60,000 nt of DNA. Origin: Callorhinchus milii (Eukaryota). This document shows, in pieces, positions 26,889 to 39,371 of the stretch. The position numbers were made by a program, and so were the translations under genes. Position 1 is the first letter of the stretch. Each line of letters starts with the position of its first letter. The notes beneath the pieces were generated by a model. That model saw only the letters and a program-made list of their open reading frames with translations. It was not told the DNA's origin and ran no database searches. The stretch lies in assembly GCF_018977255.1 (NCBI RefSeq), contig NW_024704742.1:36396001-36456000 (forward strand). The letters run 5' to 3'.

Positions 26889-29144
26889 TCATCAGAGAGG
26901 CTATGGGTGATGATTGGCTTGTCTGAGCTGGCACTCACCCAGATGTCGAGCTTTGGCGTATCAAGGGTCAATCACAGGGAGTGGGGGAGGCTCAGGAACA
27001 TTCATGGGGTACCCAGGAAATTTCCCAATTTCCCAGACAGCCAGTCTGCCACTGCCTCCAGTTTTTTCAGTTCATTTCTGAAGGTGCAATCTGCAGTGTA
27101 GTTCCAGATCTACAGGTGCCAGGAGCCTTGGAGTATGTTATCTAAATGGCCTTTCTTCGTGGGTGACCCTGGAACAATCAGGGTCAAAAGCCAATCTGAG
27201 TGGAGAGAATCACAGGCAAGACTGACCTTGGTCTTCATCTGGCATCTGGATGCACATTTCCACTAGAAGTGACTGACCAGCTACTAATAGTGGTTAAAAG
27301 AATTTCTGAAATAATAATCTCACATTTCTATATGAATCAAAGAAATCAAATATTTGTCCAAATCTGAGATCCACATTTTAACCGAACTGCAAGAATAATT
27401 GCAGTAATTTGCTGCTGTGACACATGTCAATGTGTTGAGAAGATTTGGTTTGCAGAATGTTCTGCAGTGATTGGTATTGGTTCAGTGCAAATTACATGAG
27501 ATTAGAATAAGTCCACAACTGAAACAAGGTAAAACCAAGGTGCCTATCCAGTGCCAACAATGGGCAGACTGAAAGGCATATCCATCATATTTAACAACTT
27601 TAACTCGTTCAGATTCATCTCACTCCATATAAAACAGCCTTTAGAATGCAAATATGCCACCATCAGCAGCGCAGCTTCACCAGAAAAATAAAGATTTGCA
27701 GTTCTCTAAAGCAGTGGAATCAGTTTCTGTGGAACAAATCATCACAAGGCATCAACAACTAAGCTATTGGTGAATGAAGAATCTAACCTGGGAAATATCC
27801 ATTGCTGAATGGTCAGGCTGAGTGAGGGTCTAGTGAAAGAGCATGCTAATATATTCAGGAAAATTATTGAGGATGACAATAACACTACTTCATGCAATGC
27901 AGATGGAACATAAATATTCAGTGTCAAATCTTAAAAAGCAAGGCAATTTTGGTAAGCTCACCCGTTGATAGGAAAGTAAACTACATCTTTCACTTCACGC
28001 TGAGGAATCCTTATACACTAGGTGATTCTACAGCATGCTCCAAAAGCACTGTGCATTAATTATACTGCAATTATTTTAACTATTAATGTCCTGAACTTAG
28101 GTGCCCATAAAGTTGCTCATGAATTTTAAATTAATTAGTGATGAATCTCTACAATAATATTTATCTTTGAAATATACTGTGAAGTGAATTGACTGTATAT
28201 TTTGTGGGCGAAACGCAGCAGCCAATTGCACACAGCAGAGTGGATCAGATAGACAATCAGATTCAACTAAAGGTACTCGTCAATAACAATGAATTTGGAT
28301 TGCTCCCATACAGGACATTTTAAGTGCTTCGAGATGCTGCCCTGCATGAAGGGTATTGCATAACTGCAAGTGGTTGTTGTTATCCTATTGAGCACCACCA
28401 AGGACTTTGAAAAGATCATTGCTTAGATTAGATTATCTCTGCAGCATGTCCTGCCATTATGTTTGCCTTCCTGAAAAGAAATGACAATTGCCCAGTGGGC
28501 CAGCTATCCTGAGTACTATCTTGAATATTTCAGGTGACCATAAGCATTTTCAAGAACAGAAAAAGGTCATTTGGCCCCATCAAAAACAGCTGCTAAAAAC
28601 TTCCAAGTTTAATTTCTCATGTGATATTTACTTTCCCTCACCAGCTGTTAACTTTGTCTAAAGCTCAAGGTTAGTCAAAGATTAGTTAGTCAAAGACATT
28701 TGTATTGGGGAAGCCATTTTTCTACATGTCTTTCATTTCTGAACAAGTATTAGAAAAAAGCTCATTGTGTGAAAGATGTTCCTTACACTCACCTCTGCTT
28801 AACATCTTCTCTGCCTTGGGCGCAATCTTGTTCTAGTTTAACAATACTGCTAAAATCATGTCTCTAAACTCCTTCAAATACATGCTCACAAACCCACATG
28901 CACTTTCTCCTCTTTGCACCCTCTGTGTAGAAATCAAAACACCATAACATCGCCTATTTGAAAGCAGTCATTTTCATGGATTCGAGACTCTGGTATCTTA
29001 TGGGCTTCCAATTGCTTGTAAAAAAAAATCAAAGAATTGTGCTACAACATTGCAACCAGTTAATAGATAATATGGAATCCAATTATACAAGCAGTAATGT
29101 GAAAGTCACTCGAGTGAGAAGAACGCATTGAAGATTGTAATTAC

Positions 29145-29254
29145 CCTCACTGATATCTTGGCTATGACCTCCATCAGGTTCAAGATCAGAAGGTATCATG
29201 ATATGCCATGTTGTCATTCTTGCTTCTGCTTCCAGCCCAAATCCATCAAGGTTA
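29145..29254 (-). CDS. WDFY3: WDFY3 exon (110 nt) NLDGFGLEAEARMTTWHIMIPSDLEPDGGHSQDISE
   Basis: Within ORF 29083..29286; acceptor TCTTGCAG, donor GTAATT. Confidence 0.95.
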
Positions 29255-30469
29255 CTGCAAGAGTTCATTGCACAGAATAAATACATTGATGTCGAATGTA
29301 ATAAATCAAGATAGTACTTGGCCGCATTTTAGTATCTGAACCCATGCAGTGGAAGAATATGTAATACATACTTGACGGTCTACATAATCTGACATATTGA
29401 GTCAGCCCTGATCAAATCAGAAAATAGATGATTCAGACTACCTTGATTATACAGTCATTTAGGCCCATTCTCCAAGACCCAAAGAGTAGTTGTCTCCTCA
29501 TGTCCGATTAAATCTATCGCTAAACTTAGAAATGGCTGATACAAACTGTGCAGCATTCCCAATATAACTCACGCAACTTGCAAACAACAGGAATTAAAAA
29601 ACAGGGTATACATTTCTATATTGGCTTCAAACAAATGCACTTTCCAGATTGTTAGAAAATCTGAATTGCTTGTGCTTAATCTTCCCTTTTCCCACTCTGT
29701 CAGAAATACTTTTTTTTAATGTTATTTTGGTCACTAATTTGATTCCCAATTTTGACCACAGCCTCAGAGAAAGTTACAATCACCCTCTAATGCATGCAGC
29801 TTCACCTGAAATACAAACTAATAACTTGTTTTCCACCCCACCCCCCACCCCGTCCCAAAACAGTTCCTAAAGTTACAGATAGGTCAAAAGGGGTTGCTCT
29901 TGTCTATTTTACTGATTGCTCTATTTATGAAACACAAAACAAGCTATGATTATATCTGCAAATATTGTGTCAATGTATGGAATTATGAGAGAAGCACACA
30001 CATACAGTATGTCATCCTTCGATAGAAATGGTGCATCACTCTGAAGGGGCAACTGTTTAAATTAAGGCTAATAAAATTTAAACAGAATTCTGCTTACAGA
30101 TGAAGCCTGCTAGCATATTATTAAAAAAAATTGCAGAATGCAACATTATGAATAAGGCATGGTAGAAATTTCAAATAAATACCATTTTTAATTGACTTCA
30201 TCTGTGAAAACTGCCATTTCAACTGTATAGTTCAAAATTATCTTGATAAGAATGATGCAGCAATGTACTAAAATATTACTAAAGCCTTTTGATATACAGT
30301 ATAAAAGCTACCAAAAAATTAAAAAAAATATGTAAAAACTATAACCTGATGTGAAAAGCAATGCAAGTTTTTTTAACTGTTAAGAAAAAGGTACAAATTA
30401 CAACTAGGCCAATACTTTCTGGTTTCCATTTAATTTAGAAGGCTTTCAAAAATCTTTTCAAGCACCTAC

Positions 30470-30699
30470 CTTCCAACATGGAGACTGATTAAACAGTGGG
30501 CCAGACAGCCAATGAATTCCTGATCGTGGTTGCCAGGTCCCAGTATGAGATTGCGGTTGACAGTCAAAACCCTCAAGGAATCTAACAGAGCAACTTGCTG
30601 TGGAACAGTCTTATGTGGTCTTGACAGCTGGTAGAGGATGGTTCGATTCAAGCAGTGGTAAATAGGGTCAAGAGACAGCCCTTGGGACCTCCTTTTGGA
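30470..30699 (-). CDS. WDFY3: WDFY3 exon (230 nt) SKRRSQGLSLDPIYHCLNRTILYQLSRPHKTVPQQ...CLISLHVG
   Basis: Overlaps ORF 30466..30651; acceptor TGTCTAG, donor GTAGGT. Confidence 0.95.
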
Positions 30700-31039
30700 C
30701 TAGACAGAACGAAAATTCAAAGTTTATTAAAGGATCAAACAATTATACCTTTAGGTTCCTATTTCTAATGTCTGCAAGCCGAAGACTAGAAGAAAAATCA
30801 CCATCGAACAGAGCTCGTTAAAAATATAGAGTATTAGCAAAATGTTGTTTATTGAATGAACATTAAGATTTTTTCAAACTAAAATACAACAGTCTAATTT
30901 GTGGTAATTCTTAATGAACCATTAAGGAATCCTGCACATTAAACCCAACAAAGGCAAAAGTATAGATAGTTTAAAGTTAATTTCTGTTATTCTGAAAATT
31001 TTAAGTTAAGTAAAAACAATTGAAATTGTTTTAAAATAT

Positions 31040-31220
31040 TTTTCAGTAACTCTTGGAGATGTGTGTATCTTGTGGTACGGCAATGTCTTTTCCAGTATTA
31101 TGAGCGAGTCTCCTTTCATGGAAATTTCAAAAGTAATTGTATGAAAGGAGACTCGCTCATAATACTGCAAAAGACTTTGCCGTGCCACAAGATACACACA
31201 GCTCCAAGAGATACTGAAAA
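31040..31220. repeat. Long inverted repeat: 80-bp arms, 5 mismatches, 21-nt loop
   Basis: 31040-31119 is the reverse complement of 31141-31220. Confidence 0.92.
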
Positions 31221-32005
31221 GATACATACGGTTCTGCTCCATTTCTTTGTCATATTTAAGTATTCACTGATATTTCTATGAACTGTTGAAATCAGTCACT
31301 TCTCGAATGCCAATTCAAATATTTCCAATTCATCTTGTACATTCAGCATAATCTCAGGTTGTTTAGCCTTTAAATGGCAGGCGGTCGTCAATCTGGATTT
31401 TGGAGAATGTGCCTTTCTGCACTAACTTACCAATTTGACACCCAGGGAGCAATAATTTGACACTTTTTCATACAGCATGAATATCACAAATTGAGATCAA
31501 TTTCCAGCAAAACTAGTCCTTTTTTTAATTACACAAAAACTCTGCTGCAAAAGATTATTTATTTCCAAAATATCAAAACACAATTTCCCAACAAGACTCA
31601 ATGCATTTGCATGACCTGAAATTTAATGATCTCCTCCATGGTGCATTTGCATCGCTGGCTCACTATTCATGAACCCAAATATACAGAAATGCAAAGAAAA
31701 GGCGGCAATAATTATTATTGGCTCACATTTATATGACCATACTGCAAAAAAACAGACCATTCAGCCCAACTCGTCTGTTTTGGTGTTCATACATGAGTCT
31801 CCACCTACGTTTACTCTCTGTCATATCATTCTATTGCCTACTCTCTCATAAGTACATCAAACTTCCTCTTAAAAGCTTCTATAACTATCTGACTCAACCA
31901 GCTCTTTGGGGAGCAAGTTCAACATTCTCACTATCTTTTATATGAAGAATTTGATCCTAAGGTGTATTTTATTTCCTTGATATATTCCCAAATGCTGTTG
32001 AATAT

Positions 32006-32430
32006 ACAACAACAACCTGCACTTATATAGTGTCCTCCATGCAGGGTAGTGTCTCGGAGCGCTTAACAGTGGTGGAGCCTGACTCTGAGCCGGGGGGAGG
32101 GGGGAGGTGGCTGTAAGCACAATGGAACAGGAAAGTCTTCAGGTGGGACTTGAAAGAGGGTAGAGGGGGGGCAAGGTGGAGGGACTGAGGGAGAGTGTTC
32201 CAGAGCTTTAGGGCGTAGTGGCTGAAAGCATGACCTTCAATGGTGGGGTAGAGGGTGCGAGGGACGAGCAGGAGGCTGGTGTCAATCGAGCGGAGGCGCT
32301 GGGTGGTGGACTGGGGAGTGAGGAGGTTGGAGAGGTAGGGAGGTGCCAGGGTGTGAATGGATTTGAACACAAATCTGAGGTCTTGGAAGTCCATCTATTC
32401 GGTGATGGGGAACCAGTGGAGCCTGGCCAG
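32006..32430 (-). mobile_element. L2 LINE 3' fragment
   Basis: FKSIHTLAPPYLSNLL...AFSHYALKLWNTLP...FKSHLKTFLF and tail. Confidence 0.8.
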
Positions 32431-33043
32431 AACTAGTGAGATATGTGTGTGGAGTTTGGTTTGGGTCAGTATGCTGAATATGCTGTTGAATTGTATCAAA
32501 ATATATGTTTTTTATCACAAGTTCTGCTAACACCAGAAAACATACAAAAGGAACATCCAGGTTTTCACTGACTCGTAAAGCTCAGCTCTTTGCATGTATG
32601 ATTTTTCCTTCTCCCCGTCCTCCCACCTACCGCGACAGGTTCTAACTTTTTAAAGCCATCTTCAGCAGGGTATGAAAGTACACCTGTGCCACATTAACCC
32701 TCTGCAATTTCATTCCTCAGTACAGTTTGCGCACCATTTGAAACATCAGGCCACAAAACAACCAAGAAAATTGGACACATATCACTGCTTATCAGTTTCA
32801 GTCTACCAGCCCAATTGTTAACTCGCACACTGACAACAAGGATTAATCAGATAACAATTCAAGCGATAATTCACTGCCTTTCTCTTTTGGGATTGCTAGC
32901 ATTCACAGACCTAAAGAAATGTGATACAACTAGCCCACAACATTGGACGCTGAGCAAGTGATTCATGTAAAATGAAATGGTTTGTCCCACAACCATGAAA
33001 AAGCAAAAATGCACATCCTAACATTGCCTGTACACCTCAATAC

Positions 33044-33586
33044 CTAGTCTGCACAGAACGAGGGGACGGTGAGGGCCTGCCTCAGGCTTGGGCACGCTAG
33101 ATCAGGGACTATATACTGAGGGACAAGCTGAAGTTCGGTTCAACCACAGCAAAGGCCAGATGGGGCCTGACTCTGGCAGGAGCCGCTCCAGCACAACCGG
33201 CCCAGGGCGCACTCACTGGGTAGCCCACGAGGGCATCCAAAACTGACTGAAGTAAAGGTACAGGACTCTCGAGATGTAACCAAAGAGCGTAAATGTATGT
33301 ACACATGTGCGTGTACGGTGCACATTGGGGCGCCTTGCGAAAGTGGCAAGTGCACCTTATCAGGGTGTGTGCGGGAGCGCATATGGATGTGGTGTAAACA
33401 GGGGCAACTCCCGACTGTTTTAAAGGAAGCGTCCCAAAAAACATGCACACCCTGCGTGCGGTAAAGGAATGTATCGTAAACAACATAATTTTTTTTGTAT
33501 CGGAGGAAGGGAAAAAATTGTAACAGAAGATGTTTGGATTTCTGTTGTACTAAATATATTATAAATATATATTTTCAAAAAAAAAG
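33044..33586 (+). mobile_element. Tx1/L1-clade LINE 3' end (ORF2 C-terminus, 3' UTR, poly-A)
   Basis: ACLRLGHA / IRDYILRDKLKFGSTTAKARWG resembles Tx1-type ORF2 ends; terminates ATAAATATATATTTTC-A9; CAATAC direct repeat at 33038-33043 and 33587-33592. Confidence 0.6.
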
Positions 33587-33744
33587 CAATACTGTGAAAG
33601 TCCACTATACTATTCATCCCACAACAACTACCACATCTAAACATCTAGCACGTTATATGTTAAGGTGTTTCGTCTCAGCTAGGAACTGAGATTTAAGAGA
33701 AACTTTGCCAGGATTGTAAGAAAGGTATCAGAATGGCAAAGACA

Positions 33745-34065
33745 AATTTTGAACTGAACATGACAAGAGATGTGAAGGATAACCAGAGGACACAACCTGC
33801 GATTGAAGGGGGGTAAATGCAAAAATCTTTGGAAACACGACTTCAGTGAGCGAGTAGTAGTTATGGAACAGGCTCCCTGGGAGACAGTGGAAGCAGAAAG
33901 TGTTGCTTGTTTCAAGAACAGATTAGATAGATTTCTGCTGGAAAATAATATCTGGGGATACAGTATATAGTTTGGGACACGTCATGTCAAGCAACTGTCA
34001 GAATGGTGGAAGGCAAACTAGATGAAACTTGGGCTTCTTTTGCCTAGCAAATTCTTACGTTCTTA
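33745..34065 (+). mobile_element. CR1 LINE 3' fragment
   Basis: TRGHNLRLKG...FSERVV..WN..P...FKNRLD and TTCTTACGTTCTTA tail. Confidence 0.65.
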
Positions 34066-34267
34066 AAAATTTCAGTGGTAAAAAATAATTTTTTAAACTC
34101 TTTTCTTACTTTTCTCCATTTTTCCGCCACTTGACTTTGAGGCCTATTACACAATTCCCAATGTCATACTTGCTACACTACAGCCTCTTAGCAAATTGTA
34201 CACCTTCTAGGGCAATAATATATGCATTTAACTTGTGTTTTAATTAATTGTGGGATCACAAACAACA

Positions 34268-34468
34268 CACAACAACTTGCATTTATATAGCGCCCTTCAT
34301 GCAGGGTAGTGTCCTGGAGCCACAGAGACACCAAACCAGGGGGACAGGGAGGGGGGAGGTGACCGTAAGCACAATCAAAAAGAAAGTTCTTTAGGTGGGA
34401 TTTGAAAGTGGGGAGAAAGGGGGCAAGGCAAAGGGATTGAGGGAGGGAGTTCCAGAGTTTCAGGTCGT
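34268..34468 (-). mobile_element. L2 LINE 3' end
   Basis: LWNSLPQSL...FKSHLKNFLF and tail shared with the 32006 copy. Confidence 0.75.
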
Positions 34469-35030
34469 AGTATATGTTATGCATATATATGTTATATGGA
34501 CAGATGCTCTTTAATTAAATCACAAGCATTGTTTGGATGAACTGAGGATACTGCATCCATATGTTCTTCTCTATTTATCTGCACTATATATAGGAGAGTT
34601 GCAACAGATTGGATTGAAAACAAAGTATTTTTACCACATGGAACATTTAGTTTTTCACCCTGTTCTTCATCCACTGAGCTCAAAGAACACTACGGGCAAA
34701 TAGTAAGTGGCACTGTCTCCACTGTACATCATTGCACTTCTTCACAATACACATCTTACACCTCCGGCTTGGTCCTGACTGCAGTGCAGACTGACTTGCC
34801 TAACTCAAGTGTGATCTCCTTATTGCTGGTGAGAATAACAGCAGATAAGCAAGGGCTTTCAGAAACAAAATGAACAAGGTTTACACACAAGACAAATGAC
34901 AGAAAAAATCAAAGAGGTTGGCTGAGATCCACAGAACATGTGCAGATTTATTCACATTCAGCAACATATATGTTATACACATATTAATACAGTATTCTTA
35001 CATAAATATATCTACAAATGATGAAATGAT

Positions 35031-35348
35031 GTGGAGTCCTGTAGCTCAGTGGTTAGAGCACTCGCTTTGCAAGCGAGAGACCTGAGTTCAATTCCAGGCA
35101 AAGGGCGAAACCTTGGGCAAGTTTCTTTACTCCACACAGAGCCTAATAATAATCCCTCCAAAACCAAAAACAATAATAAATTGGTCATTTTCAATCTACG
35201 ACTGTTTGTGGGACATTGCTGTGCGCAATTGGCTGCCGCGTTCGCCCACAAATATACAGTCAATTCACTTTACAGTGTGTTCTGTGAAGCGCTTTGGGAC
35301 GTTCTCCCGACGTGAAAAGCGCTATATCAAATGCAAGGATTATTATTT
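35031..35348 (+). mobile_element. Young tRNA-derived SINE (tRNA-Ala-like head, L2-type tail), full length
   Basis: Box A TAGCTCAGTGG, box B GAGTTCAATTCC, TGC anticodon-like loop, (TTA)n tail; near-identical to copies at 45368 and 53955. Confidence 0.9.
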
Positions 35349-35369
35349 TTTAAAGAAAACATGTTGCTG

Positions 35370-36012
35370 GAGCCAGGCAACATCGCCTGGCTCTGCCAAT
35401 GTCTCACACCAAAACCCTCATACATGCATTCATAACATCCAGGCTCGACTATGCAAAGTCACTGCTTGTCGGCCTCTCCAACTCCTCCCTCAATAGGCTG
35501 CAGATCATCCAGAATTCTGAAGCCCATGTCCTCTCCCGCACTAGGCTCCGTGACCCTATCACCCCCATCCTCGCCCGACTCCACTGACTTCCCATCACAC
35601 AGAGGATACAGTTCAAGATCTTGGTCCTCACCTTCAAAGCCCTCCAGGGCCTTGCTCCCCCCGACCTCTGCGACCCCCTAACCCCCTACCAACCTGCCTG
35701 CTCCTTCCGTTCAGCGGGCTCGACGTCCCCCGCATCGTCCGCCCCACCATTGGCGGGCAGGCCTTCAGCCACTCTGCCCCCACCCTCTGGAACTCCATCT
35801 CGCAGTCCCTCCGCCTCGCCCCCTCACTTGCCTCCTTCAAGACCCATCTCAAGCCCCTCCTCTTTGATCATGTCTTTGGTCACCTTCCTTGCCCCCCCCC
35901 TCTCCATTCTCCTGGATCCTGACCCCTAGCTCAGATACAAAACACTGATTGTGCAGAGCCGTGGGATGTCCTCCCAACCTGAAAGGCAATATACAAATGT
36001 AATTTTGTTATT
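35370..36012 (+). mobile_element. L2 LINE 3' fragment abutting the SINE at 35031
   Basis: TLIHAFITSRLDY...LQIIQNS...DPITPILARLH, LTFKALQGLAP and tail. Confidence 0.85.
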
Positions 36013-36827
36013 GTGCTTACAGACAGACTAAAACACTTACACCAGCACCGGGTGGTGGTGAATTTTCTGCATTCTCTTGACATACCAAATATGTTACAAG
36101 TCATATTTAGACTAGTGTTCAATGCTGCTGATAAAACTTACATTGTTCAATGCCTGGAGATGCATCAAATACTAAACAGTTCTCACCAGTTTGTCTCATA
36201 TAACTAATGAAAGTACATGGATCATATTGTTTTTCATAGACATCTTGAATGACACTATAAGGATGTTAGCATTTGTAACACTCATAAGCAAAAGTCAAGC
36301 ACCACATGACAAGGTACAACACTAAAAGAACTCTGTATGAAAGCAAGATAGAGGATTAATAGCACGTAAGAGGTATTCCACCAATTCCTACTCCTGGATA
36401 TTTTCAAACAGTATATGGAATTGCAATGAGATACAAGCAATAGAGGAAGAAGAAAGACACTGGACACAGAAGTGATTTAAAAAGCAGTTTACTCAAAGCA
36501 GCTGATAAATATTAAAAAAAAGTTGTGCGATTTCTCTGTACAAATATATATACACACAACATATAGCTTAGTTCATCACACATGATTTTCTTAAAAGTTT
36601 GCAGTCTTGTAGACATCAAAACTAAGCATGTCTCTCCCATGTTTGATCACAAGTTACTAATTCTGTTTTAGAAAAATGTACAAAAGCAACTATGATGCTA
36701 AACCAATAAGAAGGATTGTACATTAGAACAGTATTTTCATGAGACAGATATCTCTAGAGTAGCCAGTACGGAACCTTGTAGTCCTGTTTGATGCTCAACT
36801 ATCCTTTAAATCGCACAACTGTGCCAT

Positions 36828-37276
36828 GACCTGCCATCTCCCACCTGCACAAAATTGCCTTCCTGCCTCTCTCCTCAGCGACTGAGACCCTCATTCACGC
36901 ATTCATCAAATCTAGACTTGACTATACTAACTCCCTGTTTGCTGGACTTCATAACTCTTTCCTCCATTATAATAAATTATATATTATATATCATAATTAT
37001 TATTATATATATTATGACAATAAAAATTATATACAATAATATTATTATATATTATTATAATGCCTCTCTTTCCTCATCCACCTTAGTGGGACAGCACTAG
37101 TCTAGTTCAAGTCCTACCTAACAAAGCACCTTCACTTTGTCTCTTCAAACGTTTTTTTCTCTCACCCAATTCACCTACCTCTCTGACATGCTTACTCCCC
37201 ATCCACTACTGTCAAGCTGTGTGGGACACTACTTGCATGAGGAGTGCTAAATAAATGCAAGTTATTGTTGTTGTTG
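36828..37276 (+). mobile_element. Degenerate L2 fragment interrupted by an AT-rich low-complexity tract (~36965-37060)
   Basis: GAGACCCTCATTCACGCATTCATC...TCTAGACTTGACTAT and TAAATGCAAGTTATTGTTGTTG tail. Confidence 0.6.
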
Positions 37277-38101
37277 AGGGCAGCACCTGCCCTCTCACAC
37301 CAATGTGCCCCTTGCGCTCCAGAACAAAACCCTCTAGCTAATACTGCGGAACCCAGAGAAGACCTTGGAGAAGATTCAGCCACAGGTCTCCTGACCTGCT
37401 TGCTCAACACAAGGTTACCTGTATCCCCAGATCACTTGGATGTGTGCACTGATCCTCTCTCCCGCTCAGTGCCTTTGATGCCTGCAGCCAAGGGGTCTGC
37501 ACAATTCTCAGAAATTGTGATTGCTTCCTCCTTCGATTTGGTGGTGAACTCAACTATGAAAACATAAACAGCCATGCATATTGTTTAACTTTGTACTTTG
37601 TATAGAATTTGGTCCACAATATCACTATGGAAGTCCAAAGTGCAATTACTGAAATAAAATTCCTCTGACCAAAACATAGGACAACACTAGCTGAGGGATT
37701 ACAATACCTCACTATATTTTGGACACATGCAGATAGCAACAGACTTTAAAATAAAGGCATGCATTATGAAAAACAATATTGTGGGAATTATTACATCACT
37801 TACCATGTTCTGCAGTAGTCTCAGAGGAGACAGCATTGCCGAGTGTATCCCGGTTTGATTGTGCAATGATTTTCTTGAAGGTTTCTGACGCTGAGTACTG
37901 CATTTCTGGTCATTCTACTGTGTTCCAACTTATACCTTGCAGAGCGATTCAGATCATTAATTCTCTTTCAACAGTCAGTGGGATTTGTGTGGCTTTTAGA
38001 GCAACAATATATCTTGTTAGCCCATATTTTACCGTCATCAAATACCGTGGATGGCAAGATCTTGCTGTTCAGATGTTTTATTGTTGTATTGACTATCAAG
38101 T

Positions 38102-38703
38102 ATAATAATAATAATAATCCTTGCATTTGATATAGCGCTTTTCTCGTCGGGAGGACGTCCCAAAGCGCTTCACAGAGTATACTGTAAAGTGAATTGACTG
38201 TATATTTGTGGGCGAACGCGGCAGCCAATTGCGCACAGCAATGTCCCACAAACAGTCATGGATTTAAAATGACCAATTTATTATTGTTTTTGTTTTTTTG
38301 GAGGGATTATTATTAGGCGTGTGGAGTAAGGAGTAAGGAAACTTGCCCAAGGTTTCTTGTGCACTTGTGGAGTCCTGTAGCTCAGTGGTTAGAGCACTCA
38401 CTTTGCAAGCGAGAGACCTGAGTTCAATTCCAGGCAGAGGGCGAAACCTTGGCCAAGTTTCCTTACTCCATGACCAATAATAAATTGGTCATTTTCAATC
38501 TACGACTGTCTGTGGGACATTGCTGTGTGCAATTGGCTGCCGCGTTCGCCCACAAATATACAGTCAATTCACTTTACAGTGTGTTCTGTGAAGCACTTTG
38601 GGACGTCCTCTCGACGTGAAAAGCGTTATATCAAATGCAAGAATTATTATTAATATTATTATTATTAAAGCGAGTGCTCTAACCACTGAGCTACAGGACT
38701 CCT
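38102..38703 (-). mobile_element. Minus-strand SINE split into body/tail (38102-38357) and head (38667-38703) by a nested opposite-strand SINE
   Basis: Head GGAGTCCTGTAGCTCAGTGGTTAGAGCACTCGCTTT at 38703-38667; body resumes at GAAACCTTGGGCAAG near 38356. Confidence 0.8.
38367..38666 (+). mobile_element. Young tRNA-derived SINE (small internal deletion) nested in an opposite-strand copy
   Basis: Full head GTGGAGTCCTGTAGCTCAG, body and ATT-repeat tail. Confidence 0.88.
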
Positions 38704-38792
38704 CAATGTGTGAGAGAGAGAGAGAAAGAGAGAGAGGTAGATAGATACGTTTCCGAATCTGGCTGGGAGTGGACAAGGCTCCCATTTTGTGC

Positions 38793-39371
38793 TCAGACTG
38801 AACTCTCATCCGGTTTCTCCCCCAACTGAGTTTGTTTCCTCTTCTCCAGCTTCCTGCTCAGCTCTTCAGTGAAGGAGTGGTAATGGGGGGACGTGGACTC
38901 CATCTCGCTGGCCTGCCTCAGGAGCACGTAGCTGTTGCCGTTCATCTTCCTCGGTACGTGGGGAAGTCCAGGGAGCCCGTTGGGGGTGTCAACCAGTTTG
39001 GGGGGCAGTGGGGGAGTGGGCGGGGGAGGGGGCAGCTCCAAGTCGGCAGTCCTGTTGTTGTTGTGGAGTGAGTTGGTGCTGGGGGCCTGGCCGGGGATGA
39101 TCTTCAGGAAGCCCACCTGGTGGTCCTCTTCGTCAGACCCTTCCTCGCTCCTGGGCCCACAACTCCCGGATAGGTTCTGCAGCTCGATGTGGGACGGACG
39201 GCACAGTTGCACCTGGTACTTGCCTCTCTTGGACGGGGAGCAGAACAGGTAGATAGCAAGGATGGATGTTACTACGGCAACCGACCCCAGGAAGACGATG
39301 ATGGTCAGGTACAGGAACTCTCTGCCTGAGGAGATCTGAGCCAGGTGTGACGGAGGGGCCTCAGGCAACAT
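38793..39371 (-). pseudogene. SEMA4G: Intronic, 5'-truncated semaphorin-4G fragment (juxtamembrane, TM helix and full cytoplasmic tail); reading frame intact
   Basis: 192-codon ORF with a TM segment (FLYLTIIVFLGSVAVVTSILAIYLFC), LKIIPG, polyproline, RKMNGNSYVLLRQ, SFTEELSRKLEKRKQTQL and a C-terminal PDZ motif DESSV*, matching the SEMA4G tail. No sema/PSI/Ig exons seen in the window. Visibly GC-rich against the AT-rich intron. Confidence 0.85.

Noticed and set aside
35033..35105. tRNA-Ala(TGC)-like gene (also at 38369, 45610-45683, 53957)
   Set aside because: Always followed by the same SINE body and tail, with no proper acceptor stem or terminator; these are SINE heads.
35113..35496. Recurrent ORF MGKF.YSTQSLIIIPPKPKTIINWSFSIYDCLWD... 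(also 54035 and 45302-45605) as a small protein family
   Set aside because: Incidental translation of the multicopy SINE body.
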